A stretch of DNA of 64,000 nucleotides from Rhynchopus sp. YZ270_cl-10 (lineage: Eukaryota): contig OZ037836.1 in NCBI GenBank assembly GCA_964035575.1, positions 1,426,001 through 1,490,000 of the forward strand. The letters run 5' to 3'. The stretch's first letter is position 1; each line of letters begins with the position of its first letter. The notes under the pieces were generated by a model. That model worked only from the letters and a program-made list of their open reading frames with translations, made no database searches and was not told where the DNA came from. Positions 37,957-49,945 of this stretch are shown one piece after another. The translations under genes and the position numbers were made by a program.

Positions 37957-38413
37957 GGGTGGAAGCGTACAACTAACAAACTTTCCCCCTGTTTCGTTTC
38001 CCGTTTTCCTGTGTGGGCGAAGATAGTTATTGACACCGTAGTATTTTTATAGGTCAAACGCAGTTGACAGGGGAAATGCTACGGTCGCTCTAACTGTTTT
38101 CACCCTCACTTGTGCTCCTCCCTTCTCACACACCACTTTCTGTACTTCAGGACTTTCATTTTCTTACCTTTTCTATTTGGCTCTGTTTTTGTAAACATTC
38201 AGTTTTCAAAAAAAAAAAAAAAAAAAAAAAACAAAGAAACAAAGAAAAAGTAGAAGAAGAAAAGCAAATAATTGAAAAGATTATAAAAAGAGCATCACAA
38301 CAGTCCTGAGTGTGTGTGGAAGGGTGGAAGCGTACAACTAACAAACTTTCCCCCTGTTTCGTTTCCCGTTTTCCTGTGTGGGCGAAGATAGTTATTGACA
38401 CCGTAGTATTTTT
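37957..38413. repeat. 92-bp exact direct repeats (37957-38048, 38322-38413) around a poly-A-containing segment also found at ~31365-31550
   Basis: Seen directly. Confidence 0.85.
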
Positions 38414-38455
38414 TGTGAGATTTCTCACCCCAAAATCTCACCGTGGGAAACACTG

Positions 38456-38812
38456 TTTTCTTTGCTTTTTGTAGGTGCTAACCTGCGGCAGTGGTTTGCA
38501 TCAGTTGGGTGTTCCACTCACCGCAGTTTAGAGAATTAGGAGATGCCAGTCATTCGTTCCTCCCATTGGAATGACTGGTGGTTTTATTGTTGTTTATTTC
38601 TTTTGACGCTGCCAGAGTGCGGACCTTGAACTGGCTTATATACTACCCTAGGCCACCAGCGGTGGTATACGGCCCCTGTTCAAGGTGTCGTCTTTGTTGG
38701 GTAAAAGTCAGCAAATGGGATCAAACCACTCTCTGGCACACCGTGGTGCCATCCTTCCCTTTTGCTGGTTTTTCTTTTTGCGGGGGTGGATCACGTTTTT
38801 CAAGTTTAATAT
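38456..38812 (+). mobile_element. 5'-truncated copy of the 22940-23550 insertion at the homologous LRR position
   Basis: Near-identical to ~23191-23550 and followed by ctccttgacaagtgtcga, the homologue of the 18-bp target. Confidence 0.85.
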
Positions 38813-39494
38813 CTCCTTGACAAGTGTCGACCTCTCTGGGTTGAGCAATGTCACGGTGATTGGTACGCGCTTTCTTTCCGGCTGCAGCAGCTTAACGACT
38901 GTCGATTTTTCTCCACTCAGCAACGTGACGCAGGTGTCTGGCAGCTTTCTTGACGACTGCATCAGCTTAACGACCCTCGATTTATCTGCATTCAGTAATG
39001 TGACGCGGATCGAGAGCATATTTCTTTCCGGCTGCGAGAGCTTAACCAGCATCGATTTATCAGCACTCAGCAATGTGACGCACATTGCTGGCGGTTTTAT
39101 GTGCAGCTGCAAGAGCTTAACGAAACTTGATTTATCTCCGTTCAGCAACGTGACGCACGTTGACTATTGCTTCCTTTACAAATGCCGCAGCTTAACCTCT
39201 GTCGATGTTTCACCACTCAACAACCTGACGCACATGGGTAGCAGTTTTCTTGACGGCTGCAGGAGCTTAACGACTCTTGATTTATCCCCACTCAGCAACG
39301 TGAGGACATTTCTTTTGGCATTTGTTCCTCCAAACATTGCTGCGGACTGCACTTCGTTGACGAGCATTTACCTTTCCGGCTGCAGCAGTGTTGTGTCCAA
39401 CGAAGTGAGGAACGACAAGAAGCTGAGGAAGCTTGTGGTTGAAGCACGTCCGAAACGAAGCAGAGACGAATCCCCCGAGCAAAGCCAGAAGTGA
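38715..39494 (+). CDS. LRR-only family member (8 LRR strands); UBL half missing; in-frame ATG supplied by the insertion
   Basis: Open frame from ATG 38715 (MGSNHSLAHR...) through family LRRs (from 38813) to EQSQK*. It may be a pseudogene. Confidence 0.55.
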   Translation: MGSNHSLAHRGAILPFCWFFFLRGWITFFKFNISLTSVDLSGLSNVTVIGTRFLSGCSSLTTVDFSPLSNVTQVSGSFLDDCISLTTLDLSAFSNVTRIESIFLSGCESLTSIDLSALSNVTHIAGGFMCSCKSLTKLDLSPFSNVTHVDYCFLYKCRSLTSVDVSPLNNLTHMGSSFLDGCRSLTTLDLSPLSNVRTFLLAFVPPNIAADCTSLTSIYLSGCSSVVSNEVRNDKKLRKLVVEARPKRSRDESPEQSQK

Positions 39495-40532
39495 CGGAGA
39501 CACGCACAATGACGACGTGGTGTGTTGGTGGCAGGGCAGCACCTCCCCGAGGTGGAGGGTCTCTGGCAGTATGTCTGCTTGCGTCCTCTGGTTCGGAGAA
39601 GAAGAGGGGCACAGTCTTGCTCACCGTGGCACAGACTACTACTTGGTGCGAGAGGAGAGCTGTGCTGAGCAAGACGTTCCACACATTGTGTTTTTTTACT
39701 CTGTGCTGCATAAGAATCCCCACAAAAACCCATGTCTTATTCATAACAACGTACCTCCCCGCGCAATCCCATTTTTTTCTCCTCCATGCTACCCCTTGTA
39801 ATTCATCACTCTGAACTCGTTGACACCACGTGGTCTTTCACTGTCTTCTTGGTAGCTTTGCACGAAGAGGTGTGAGGTGTGATGACGGAGGCGAGTGGCT
39901 TCCGTTGTGTGCTCTGATGCACTGATGGCGTGCTTTCACTTGATGGTGTGACTGGGGGGACTCAGGGGGGAGGACGCGCTGTGCTGTGCTTGGGGTGCTT
40001 GTGCGGAAGTCTTGGATGGTGGATGGCTGTCCTTGGGTGTGGGAGGTGTAGGTAGACAGTGTTGTGAGTGTGGGGGGTTTGGGTGTGGCGCTTCCCTCGA
40101 TCGTTTGTGGTGATGATGGGAGGGGAAGCTGTGTCTGGCGGTGGGGTGCTTTCGTGCATTTGTCTGGCACCTCAGCTTGTCTGTGGTTGCAGCACGAGAG
40201 CACCTTTGGCGTTCTTCCTTGCGTGGGGTGGGTGGAGACAGCGTGGAGGCTGTGCGGGTTTCTTGTGCAGAACGGGGCAGGTAACGGTGCGTGAGAGGGG
40301 CAGGGGAAGGTGGGTTTGCTTTCGTGAGGAGGGAACGTCTGTGAAGGGCGCTGGTTCAGGGAGAGGGGGTGGAGAGGTGAGAGATCTGAAGTCGGGGGTT
40401 GTGGGTTGGGGAGAGGGGCTCTTCTCCCCGCAGTCATTTTTTGACAAGCTTCTTGAAAATGACTGCAGGCTTGTTGTCCTCCACACCCCACCACCGCACA
40501 CAGAGATCAGAACACAAAACCACAACAAAGAC

Positions 40533-41468
40533 ATGGACCTGAACATCAAGGGTTTCGACACGAATCAGCACACAGTCGAGCTGGGTGTGGATGACACAGT
40601 GGAGGACTTGCGGCGGAAGGTGGCGACTGCAATGGGGTTGCCTGAAGACGGCTTTTGCATGAGTTTCGGAGACGAAGCGCTGGGAGAAGGAGCGGACATG
40701 ACGCAGCTGAGTGCTGGTGACACAATCATCCTCACGAAGAAGTCGCAGAAGCAAGAAGCCATTGCAGAGCTTCATGCGTTGGGTGTGACCGACATCACAG
40801 CCGAGAAGTTGGAGAGTGTGAGGAGGGATCCTGAGGTGGCGTGTTTGCTTCTGCAGGCGGAGGTTGCGACTGTCATTCCGAATTACTTCTTGGCATACAC
40901 TTCGTTGACGAGACTTGATCTCAGTGCTGAGTCCATTGTGACTCACATTAGAGACAGCTTCCTGTCCTGCTGCACCTCGTTGACAAGTATCGACATCTCT
41001 GGGTTGAGCAATGTCACGCAGGTTGGTGAGGGCTTCCTTCAGATCTGCAACAGCTTAACGACCCTGGATTTGTCAGCACTCAGCAAGGTGACGCAGATTA
41101 ATAAAGCCTTTCTTGCCGGATGCACGAGCTTAACCAACATCGATTTATCTCCACTCAACAACGTGACGCAGGTGGGTGCGTCCTTCCTTCTGAACTGCAG
41201 CAGCCTAACGACCCTCGATTTATCACCACTCAGCAACGTGACGTCGATTCGTTTCATTAATACTATTAATAGTACGTATTTTGCTTCTACGCTATTTGCT
41301 GCAAAGTGCACTTCGTTGACGAGCATTTACCTTTCCGGCTGCAGCAGTGTTGTGTCCAACGAAGTGAGGAACGGCGAGCTGAGTAAGCTTGTGGTTGAAG
41401 CACGTCCGAAACGAAGCAGAGACGAATCCCCCGAGCAAAGCCAGAAGCGACAGAGACACGCACAATGA
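40533..41468 (+). CDS. Ubiquitin-like domain + LRR protein (311 aa, 6 LRR strands, full bipartite NLS)
   Basis: Intact paralogue of 18012-18902 with the same 5' leader; ends KRSRDESPEQSQKRQRHAQ*. Confidence 0.9.
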   Translation: MDLNIKGFDTNQHTVELGVDDTVEDLRRKVATAMGLPEDGFCMSFGDEALGEGADMTQLSAGDTIILTKKSQKQEAIAELHALGVTDITAEKLESVRRDPEVACLLLQAEVATVIPNYFLAYTSLTRLDLSAESIVTHIRDSFLSCCTSLTSIDISGLSNVTQVGEGFLQICNSLTTLDLSALSKVTQINKAFLAGCTSLTNIDLSPLNNVTQVGASFLLNCSSLTTLDLSPLSNVTSIRFINTINSTYFASTLFAAKCTSLTSIYLSGCSSVVSNEVRNGELSKLVVEARPKRSRDESPEQSQKRQRHAQ

Positions 41469-42576
41469 CGGCGTGGTGTGTTGGTGGCAGGGCAGCACCT
41501 CCCCGAGGTGGAGGGTCTCTGGCAGTATGTCTGCTTGCGTCCTCTGGTTCGGAGAAGAAGAGGGGCACAGTCTTGCTCACCGTGGCACAGACTACTACTT
41601 GGTGCGAGAGGAGAGCTGTGCTGAGCAAGACGTTCCACACATTGTGTTATGTTACTCTGTGTCCCCATTGCGAAGCTTTCTTTTCACTCCTCTGCCTTTT
41701 TGGCTTTAGGGTAGGCACACTTTTTATTTTGTTTAATGCTCGCGCGCGCGGAAAATTTTGAGATTCCAAAAAAAAAAAAACATGAAAGAAAAAAAAAAAC
41801 ATTGCCTTACGTCAACAGGTTACCTTGACTTTCCCTCCCGTCTTCCTCCACGGGAAAAATCAACCAAATATCTTCGAACACAGAATCCTCCATATACGAG
41901 TGGGTCACATGATATAATTCTATCATGTGACCCCACCGTGGAGAGCAATCGGCTCGCGCATCAAAAGAAAGCAGAGAAAAGGGGAAAAGAAAAAGACAAA
42001 AGTTATGTACCGTGCGCCTGCGGCGCTACCTGTTCCCAGTCAAAAACGCCACAATTTTATCCGAATTTGGATTTTCCGACCTGAAAATGACCCTTGTTTA
42101 TGAGGATGGGTTCATATTTTGTGGAAATTTAAGCCACTAAAATATTGTGGTGTCCCGCGACCAGCCCACAATCGCCCCCCTAGAGCCCACCTGGGCCCAC
42201 CTGTGCCCACCTGAACCCAATTTCACCCGATTTCGCCCGATTTCGCCCGATTTCGCCCGATTTCACCCGATTTCACCCGATTTCGCCCGGATTTCAAAAA
42301 TTCCTTTTTTTTGGGTTGGCGGTGGGGAGCTTGGGCGGGGTTTGACCAAAACCAAGAACTTGGCCATTTCGGCAAAGTGACCCCACCACAGCGCGGACGG
42401 ATTCCGGAAACGCCAATCGCGGCATGTTTTGGAGCCCACTTTTTTTCAGGGAAAATATTTGCTTCCAGATGTCGGAATTTTCCGGAAAATTTCCACAATT
42501 AGGAAACAGCCTGGAGGAGCGGGTTGAACGTTATTGGCGCGTGTACCTACGATGGTTTGTGCCAATACCCACCCAA

Positions 42577-43208
42577 ACTGTGTACTGTGTACTGTGTACT
42601 GTGTACTGTGTACTGTGTACTGTGTACTGTGTACTGTGTACTGTGTACTGTGTACTGTGTACTGTGTACTGTGTACTGTGTACTGTGTACTGTGTACTGT
42701 GTACTGTGTACTGTGTACTGTGTACTGTGTACTGTGTACTGTGTACTGTGTACTGTGTACTGTGTACTGTGTACTGTGTACTGTGTACTGTGTACTGTGT
42801 ACTGTGTACTGTGTACTGTGTACTGTGTACTGTGTACTGTGTACTGTGTACTGTGTACTGTGTACTGTGTACTGTGTACTGTGTACTGTGTACTGTGTAC
42901 TGTGTACTGTGTACTGTGTACTGTGTACTGTGTACTGTGTACTGTGTACTGTGTACTGTGTACTGTGTACTGTGTACTGTGTACTGTGTACTGTGTACTG
43001 TGTACTGTGTACTGTGTACTGTGTACTGTGTACTGTGTACTGTGTACTGTGTACTGTGTACTGTGTACTGTGTACTGTGTACTGTGTACTGTGTACTGTG
43101 TACTGTGTACTGTGTACTGTGTACTGTGTACTGTGTACTGTGTACTGTGTACTGTGTACTGTGTACTGTGTACTGTGTACTGTGTACTGTGTACTGTGTA
43201 CTGTGTAC
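42577..43208. repeat. Perfect (ACTGTGT)n microsatellite, ~90 units
   Basis: Seen directly; flanked by diverged direct repeats at ~42220-42515 and ~43355-43618. Confidence 0.99.
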
Positions 43209-45208
43209 AGTGAGTCACCTAATGGGGTTCTGCTCAACGAAAGTGGCCGATTTTTTTTTTATTTCACCCAGACCCAGCCCGGAAATCTCGAAAAGCGCGG
43301 TTTCTGGGTGTTTTACTGGGCCAAACCCTCACAGAAGCCAAAAAACCCTGTTTTTGCCCGATTTCGCCCGATTTCGCCCGATTTCGCCCGATTTCACCCG
43401 ATTTCACCCGATTTCGCCCGGATTTCACCGGGGTTGGGGACACCCCATAAAATTTTGTCTGTTTTTCTGTACATCCCCCACCACAGAACGAGCGGATTCT
43501 GGAAATGCCAATCGCGGCATGTTTGGGCTGAAAACCCACTGTTTTTTTCAAGGAAAAAAATTGCTTCCGGACGTCGGGATTTTCCGGAAAATTTCCAGAA
43601 TTAGAGGACAGCCTGGCTTCGATGTTTTATTTTTGCTGTGTCTCTGTGTGTGTGTGTTTTTTTTTCATTGTGTGTTTTTTTCTGCGCGCGCGCGCGGAAC
43701 TTTTTGGCATTAAACACAAAAAAATTGTGCCTACCCTTACCCTTTTTTTTGATGTTTTCTCACTCAATGACTCTATTTCTATTTTTCGGGGACATGATAC
43801 TTGTGACATATCGTAGGAAATCTTTTAGTATACGCGAAGACGATTCTCGTGCTCCTCATTCTCCCCACACTATGTCAATACAACAGGTTAGACCGTTTGG
43901 TCTGGGAGGGTTTCGGGTTTTCCTCTTATTTCTCTCAGTTCAATGTTGAACTATTTCGAGAGGAGTTATTATACTTTTTCAATAACAATTCAAACCCAAA
44001 CCTTTGTATTTTAGTGTGATCTGGGGGTGAGGAAGCGTTTTGATTTTCAATATCTCCCCCTATTTTTCTATTCGCGATTTGTTCCCCACCCCCCGTTTTT
44101 AGAATCAACAGAGTGTGTACGTTAAGATCTTGCCTTTTTGGTACAAATGCAAAGAATTCACCCAAAACAAACAAACAAAACAAAATACTGTAGCAGTGTG
44201 ACTGCGCAAATACAACCAAGTTTTCTAAATAAATAAAAAAAAAAGCATTCCGACACCTCCTGCAAAGCGTACTCCTTCTATTTGCTCTCTTTTAAGGATC
44301 CTGTGAAGACAAAAACGTTCCTGCTATCTAGTGATAGTAGTTTAGAAGCAAATACAATTATGTTACTCTGTGCTGCAAAAGAATCCCATGTCTTATTCAT
44401 TACAACGTACCTCCCCGCCCAACCCCCTTTTTTTTTCTGTACCTACTCCCCCCCGTGCATAAGTCCGCGCAGATTTGGGCTCAGGATCGGACTTATGCAC
44501 AGGCCGACTTATGCACCGGTTTTGTGTACTGGTGGTGGGGAAATTTTTTTTTCTGGCCCGTTTTCCCGCTCGCGAAGCGAGCGGGGGGAAAATATTGGGT
44601 GTTTTCCCGCGAGCGAAGCGAGCGTAACTTTATTTTTATTGGTGGTGTATTCACCAGGGATCATCTTCGAGCTTCTCATGTCAATACATCATCCTCACAA
44701 TTCTCAAAGATGTGAACCTGGTGCTGCAAAATTGTGGAAAACTTTGCACCCCAAACAGTCTCAACAGCCAAAAAAGGTGCCCCTTGTTGCTGGGAGTTGG
44801 TTCTCACGTTTGAGCAGGCATTCCTCTGTGTCCAACGCTGGTTGGCCTGCCTGCGGTGTTGTACCGAAGGTGCACGAAGACAGGGTGAATTTTAGAGGGC
44901 AGGTACCTGCAAAGGAAGGGCTTTGGTGAGGTGTTGTTTTTCCTTCACCATGTTGACCCACTCCAGCCCCAACTACACCCCACACAACAGAGCGACACAA
45001 AAGCAGACAAATGGACGTAACTATTAAGGATTTTGCCGACAACTCGCACGTGATCGAGGTGGGTGTGGATGACACAACGGAGACGATGCGGCAGAAGGTG
45101 GCGACTGCAGTGGGACAGCTTCCGCATGGGCTTCGGAGGGAAGGACGAAGGAGAGGACGTCATGCAGCTGAGTGCTGGTGACACAATCATCCTCACGAAG
45201 TCGCAGAA

Positions 45209-45282
45209 GGGGGCAATTAACGTCTGACCAACCGCCAAGTGGGGCCCCTGGACGCCGTGTTCGCATGGTACTGAGTCAGCGT
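45209..45282 (+). ncRNA. HDV-like self-cleaving ribozyme candidate
   Basis: P1 GGGGGC/GCCCCT with a G1.U wobble; P3 CCA/TGG; L3 ACCGCCAAG; P1.1 GG; P4 GCCGTG-TTCG-CATGGT; J4/2 CTGA; P2 ACGTCTGA(C)/(G)TCAGCGT. It starts at the first base of the insertion. Confidence 0.65.
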
Positions 45283-47059
45283 GGGCGGCCGCCTCTCCAA
45301 TGATGGATTCGCTCGGGACCGGAGGAGGAACAAGCCGATGTGGGGACCCTGGTTATTAACACAACATCACAGTCAATTTCGGGCAGATCACCAGCTTATG
45401 TAGGCTACGCAAACCCCTTCGAGGGGTTTCAAGGATCTGTTACCTGTGCGGTGACTGGGAGTGTGTTGATGCCGATGAGGGGATCCCAGGTACAAGAAGG
45501 AAGCGTTGCCGGTGTCTCTACTGGTGACGGAATATTGTTGCTGTTCCTGTGTTGTCGTTTGACCGCATGGGAACGTTTTGTTGCTTTGTTGGTGCGTACA
45601 CTGTATGTGAAACAACTGTGGATCAGCAGGTACGTGCTCTTGTGTATTCAGTGTGGTGTGTTGTAGTTTTGTTCAGTTCAGTTCAGTTTTCATCTTTTTG
45701 CCGTAGTAGAATTCTTGTGTTATGTGTTTAGCCTCAGGCTGTGTACACCGTAGTGAAACATCTGTGGATCTGCAGGTGCGTGCTCTGTCGTTAATTCAGT
45801 GTGGCATGTTGTAGTTTTTGGTCTGTTTTTACGTTTTTATACGTTAGTAGAAGAAGGGATCTGCGAACATTCATTCGCAGGTGGGTACAAGTTGTCGCCG
45901 TGGCATTCAGCTACGGTGCAGAAGAAGTAGTAGGGCAGACCAACGTCTGTGCTAGAAGGAAGAGGTTAAACTTTCAGGGTGTATGCACTGTACGTGAAAC
46001 AACTGTGGATCTGCAGGTACATGCTCTGCTGTTTTTCCAATGTGTTTATTTTTGTTCTATTTTCACGTGCTTTGGTACGTTGACAGATGAAGGAGTTGTC
46101 GCCGTGGCTCAGCTACGGTGCAGAAGAGGCAGTAGGGCAGACCAACGTCTGTGCTAGAAGGAAGAGGTTAAACTTTCAGGGTGTATGCACTGTACGTGAA
46201 ACAACTGTGGATCTGCAGGTACATGCTCTGCTGTTTTTCCAATGTGTTTGTTTTTGTTCTATTTTCACGTGCTTTGGTACGTTGAAGATGAAGGAGTTGT
46301 CGCCGTGGCGTCCAGCTACGGTGCAGATGAGGCAGTAGGGCAGACCAACTACCAAATGTAGGGTCTGCTACGCGGAAAGGCTGGTACTTGAGTTTGTTCA
46401 CTGTTTGTTGTAACTCCTTCCCTGCCGGCACTCCCTTACTTGTAAGGAAGAAGTTACAACTTTCTCTGTACAAATCAGGGGAATTTTGTGTGGCCGTCTG
46501 CCATATTGTGTGGACATGTTAGCTGACGGTGCTGCTGTTTCTTTTACAGCAACACTGCTCTTGCTGTTGATTTTTCTTTTTCATTTTTACTTTTTAATGT
46601 TTCGAAAAACGGAGGTTAATGTTTCCGGTTCGGGCCTGGACTCCGACCCCTACTTTTGCTGACGCGTACGAACGGTCGTGAACCGTCCCCACTCTCTTAC
46701 GGTGCGGGCACCGCGGTAACGGTGGCTAGGAAGAAGGGAATCACCCAGAACCACTAATCGCAGCCTGACAGGCACCGAACCTCGGGTGAGAATCCCCTCC
46801 TGTCAGCCCTGTTCGAAGTACCTATTTTGTTTGACCTTCTTGTCTTTTTGACTTTTTGACTTTTCTTTTATGCTATCGAACAGTGCACCCCCAGTAGTGT
46901 TGGCATGCATACCTGGGCTGGTCGGCTTGCCGATCTGTTCCAGGGACTGGGGTAAAGTGCCATTAAACGCAGCAGGTACCTGTGTTTTTTGGGGGTCTTT
47001 TGGTTGGGAAGGCCACAGAAAGAAGACCCGGCCTGCCAGAGACCTAAAACGGACCCCTA
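45209..47059 (+). mobile_element. 1.85-kb non-coding insertion with an imperfect 18-bp TSD and an internal ~203-bp tandem repeat
   Basis: cctcacgaagtcgcagaa (45191-45208) versus cctcacgaagacgaagaa (47060-47077). Tandem units at ~45891, ~46095 and ~46296. Confidence 0.75.
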
Positions 47060-49945
47060 CCTCACGAAGACGAAGAAGCAAGAAGCCATTGCAGAGCTTC
47101 ATGCGTTGGGTGTGACCGACATCACAGCCGAGAAGTTGAAGAGTGTGACGGATCCTGAGGTGGCGTGTTTGCTTCTGCAGGCAGAGGTTGCGACTGTCAT
47201 TCCGAATAAGTTCTTGTCAGGCACTTCGTTGACGAGACTTGATCTCAGTGCTGAGTCCATTGTGACCCACATTGGAGACTGGTTCCTGGCAGAGTGCACC
47301 TCGTTGACAAGTGTCGACATCTCTGGGTTGAGCAATGTGACGCAGGTGGACGCATATTTTCTTTCGAGATGCAACAGCTTAACGACCCTGGGTTTGTCAT
47401 CACTCAGCAATGTGACGCAGATTCATCACAGCTTTCTTGCCGGATGCACGAGCTTAACCAATATCGATTTATCACCACTCAGCAAGGTGACGCAGGTTGG
47501 GGCGTGCTTCCTCGCGAACTGCAGCAGCTTAACGACCCTAGATTTGTCGCCACTCAGCAACGTAACGTATATGTGTAGCGGTTTTGGAGGTATTTTTTTT
47601 GCTGCGAACTGCACTTCGTTGACGAGCATTTACCTTTCCGGCTGCAGCAGTGTTGTGTCCAACGAAGTGAGGAACGGCGAGCTGAGTAAGCTTGTGGTTG
47701 AAGCACGTCCGAAACGAAGCAGGGACGAATCTCCCGAGCAAAGCCAGAAGTGACAGAGACACGCACAATGACGGCGTGGTGTGTTGGTGGCAGGGCAGCA
47801 CCTCCCCGAGGTGGAGGGTCTCTGGCAGTGTGTCTGCTTGCGTCCTCTGGTTCGGAGAAGAAGAGGGGCACAGTCTTGCTCACCGTGGCACAGACTACTA
47901 CTTGGTGCGAGAGGAGAGCTGTGCTGAGCAAGACGTTCCACACATTGTGTTGGAGGCCGTGCAAGTGATGACGTCCTTAGTTGCGTCCTTGGCAGATCAA
48001 ACGTGATAGTATTTCTTATTTTTGTTGCATGTATCTTCCAGTCCTGTGGCTGCCTGGAAGAACTGGATGCATGCAACCCTGCAGTGCCATCAGCCATCTT
48101 GAGTTCACGAGATTACTGTGAACTCCGCTGCAGTTGCTGTGTTACATTTTACTGTTTCCTCAGCAGGCCTGAACCGTGACGGGCCTATTTTCCGGGTTTT
48201 TTTCGGCTGGGGACCGGTTTTTTTCCCGCCCTTTTCGCGTCTTTTTTGTGTGCTTTTTGTGCCCTTTTTCGGGGGTTTTTTTGCGCTTTGCGCCCGCCTC
48301 CATGACAAATTTGGGAAGCGCTGTGAAAATTTGACCCATTTGAACACAATCTGGGCCATATTTGGGTGATGGGTGGAGGGATTTTTAGACAAAGCTGATA
48401 TGGGCTGGCCCCTTGCTCATACGCAGCGCAAAATCGTCCTCACGGATAGTGTGGAAGAATGGCGGAGGGGGTACTTGTGCCTCGACGAGGGCTCCAGGTT
48501 GGCCAGGGCTGCAGTAATCCTCCGAAATGTGGCGTTTGCCCACCTCACTTTGTGGTCTCTCGGAAAAACAACTACTGTTTTCTGTATGAGTTTCAGAGAT
48601 TTCTTTATCGAGGCAGACTTGAAAGAAAATGAACCATTGGTTCGTGCACCGCCTCAGCGAAGTGTGGTCCATGAGATAATTTTCGGCCCTGCTGACCAGG
48701 GAAGACATTGGGAACAGAGGGACTGTATTTTTTTTGCGGAGCAAAAAAAATACAAAAAAAAAATGGCGCCGCAGGCAAAAAAAAATTGAGGTACAGCCTG
48801 GATGGTGCGGGATTTCATGGTGCGGTCAGCAACCCATTTCCCCAAGGTACTCCCGTTCAACCACACGGGGGGGACTTGGTGGGGGGCCGTTCTGGATTCG
48901 GCACCCCTCCCCCCCCTTTTTTCCCCTCCCCCGAAAACTGGTTATTTTGCACGAGCGGTCTCATCCAGACACGTGGTATTTTTTCTCGGGCTCCTCTGAG
49001 CCCCTGTGAACCCTAAAACGCAGTAGAGACGGCGGGAAAAAAAGTGCGGGAAAAAAATTTATTTTTCCAAATCTGGGGACGGGGACCGGATTTAGAAAAA
49101 GGCCTGTTCCTCAGTGCAATAACTTTTTTGAAATATATTTTTACGTCCGATGGACGTTTCCCACTGCTCGATGTTATGCATCACTTTTTTTTGCTTAGGT
49201 TCATCTTATAAACCTTTCTTTGAGACAAATCTAGCCTTTTTCCGAGTGGTTGTGAACCGCCTCCGTTCTTTTACGGTACGGACCACTCACACCCACCCTT
49301 TGCATGAGCACGACCGAGCTGTGTCTTAGTTTCAACTGCTCTTTCTTTACCCAAATCTAACCCCTGCCCTCCCGCTGGTGCCTTTCTTGTCTTGTCCGTG
49401 CACACTTTGTTTTCATACGACAACGTTTGTGCTCAAGGTGACTAAGCACGAGAGGCTTAGGCTCACCTGACAAACTGTTCTTATTTGAAACGAAGACAAC
49501 GAATCTAACCTTGTTGAAGGGCGGAAGGGGGAGGGCCGTGCACGCGGGCTTTTCTTTCTTTATTTTTTTGTCGATGATTCAAAACGTCTTTCCCCCTTTA
49601 CCTCAGGACTCCCCTATTTTGTTTTGGACTTCAAGGTTGTGACTAAAGGTGACTGAGTACGAGAGGCTCAGGTTCATCTTTCAAAAGTGTTCTGCTTCCC
49701 CCCACTCCCTCTAGGCGTGCTGTGCGGGCGTGGAGAAAAAGCTATTCTTAGCACAAAAAGTGAGAGAGCCTTGCAAAGTGTGTCTGCCTACCCACCCATT
49801 CAAAGCCACTTTATTTCTTCACACTTTGCTGACCACTCAAAGAACCCCTCCCCTTCAACCCTTCATTGAAAAGGACTGCAGGCTTGTTGTCCTCCACACC
49901 CCACCACCACACACAGAGATCAGAACACAAAACCACAACAAAGAC

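Larger units (their letters stand above)
45011..47753 (+). pseudogene. Chimeric/interrupted UBL-LRR gene: divergent frameshifted UBL (45011-45208) + insertion + open LRR half (47060-47753)
   Basis: MDVTIKDFADNSHVIEVGVDDTTETMRQKVATAV is followed by a small deletion. After the insertion the standard TKTKKQEAIAEL...EQSQK* resumes. Confidence 0.8.

Noticed and set aside
40068..40532. N-terminal extensions of UBL-LRR ORFs in the track (also 17916, 22413, 49730, 46989)
   Set aside because: These use non-ATG starts running through intergenic repeat or insert DNA; the conserved ATG is at MDLNIK.
46675..46740. Possible additional ribozyme-like stem-loops within the 1.85-kb insert
   Set aside because: A P4-like hairpin is present, but no consistent P1/P2 pseudoknot could be built.
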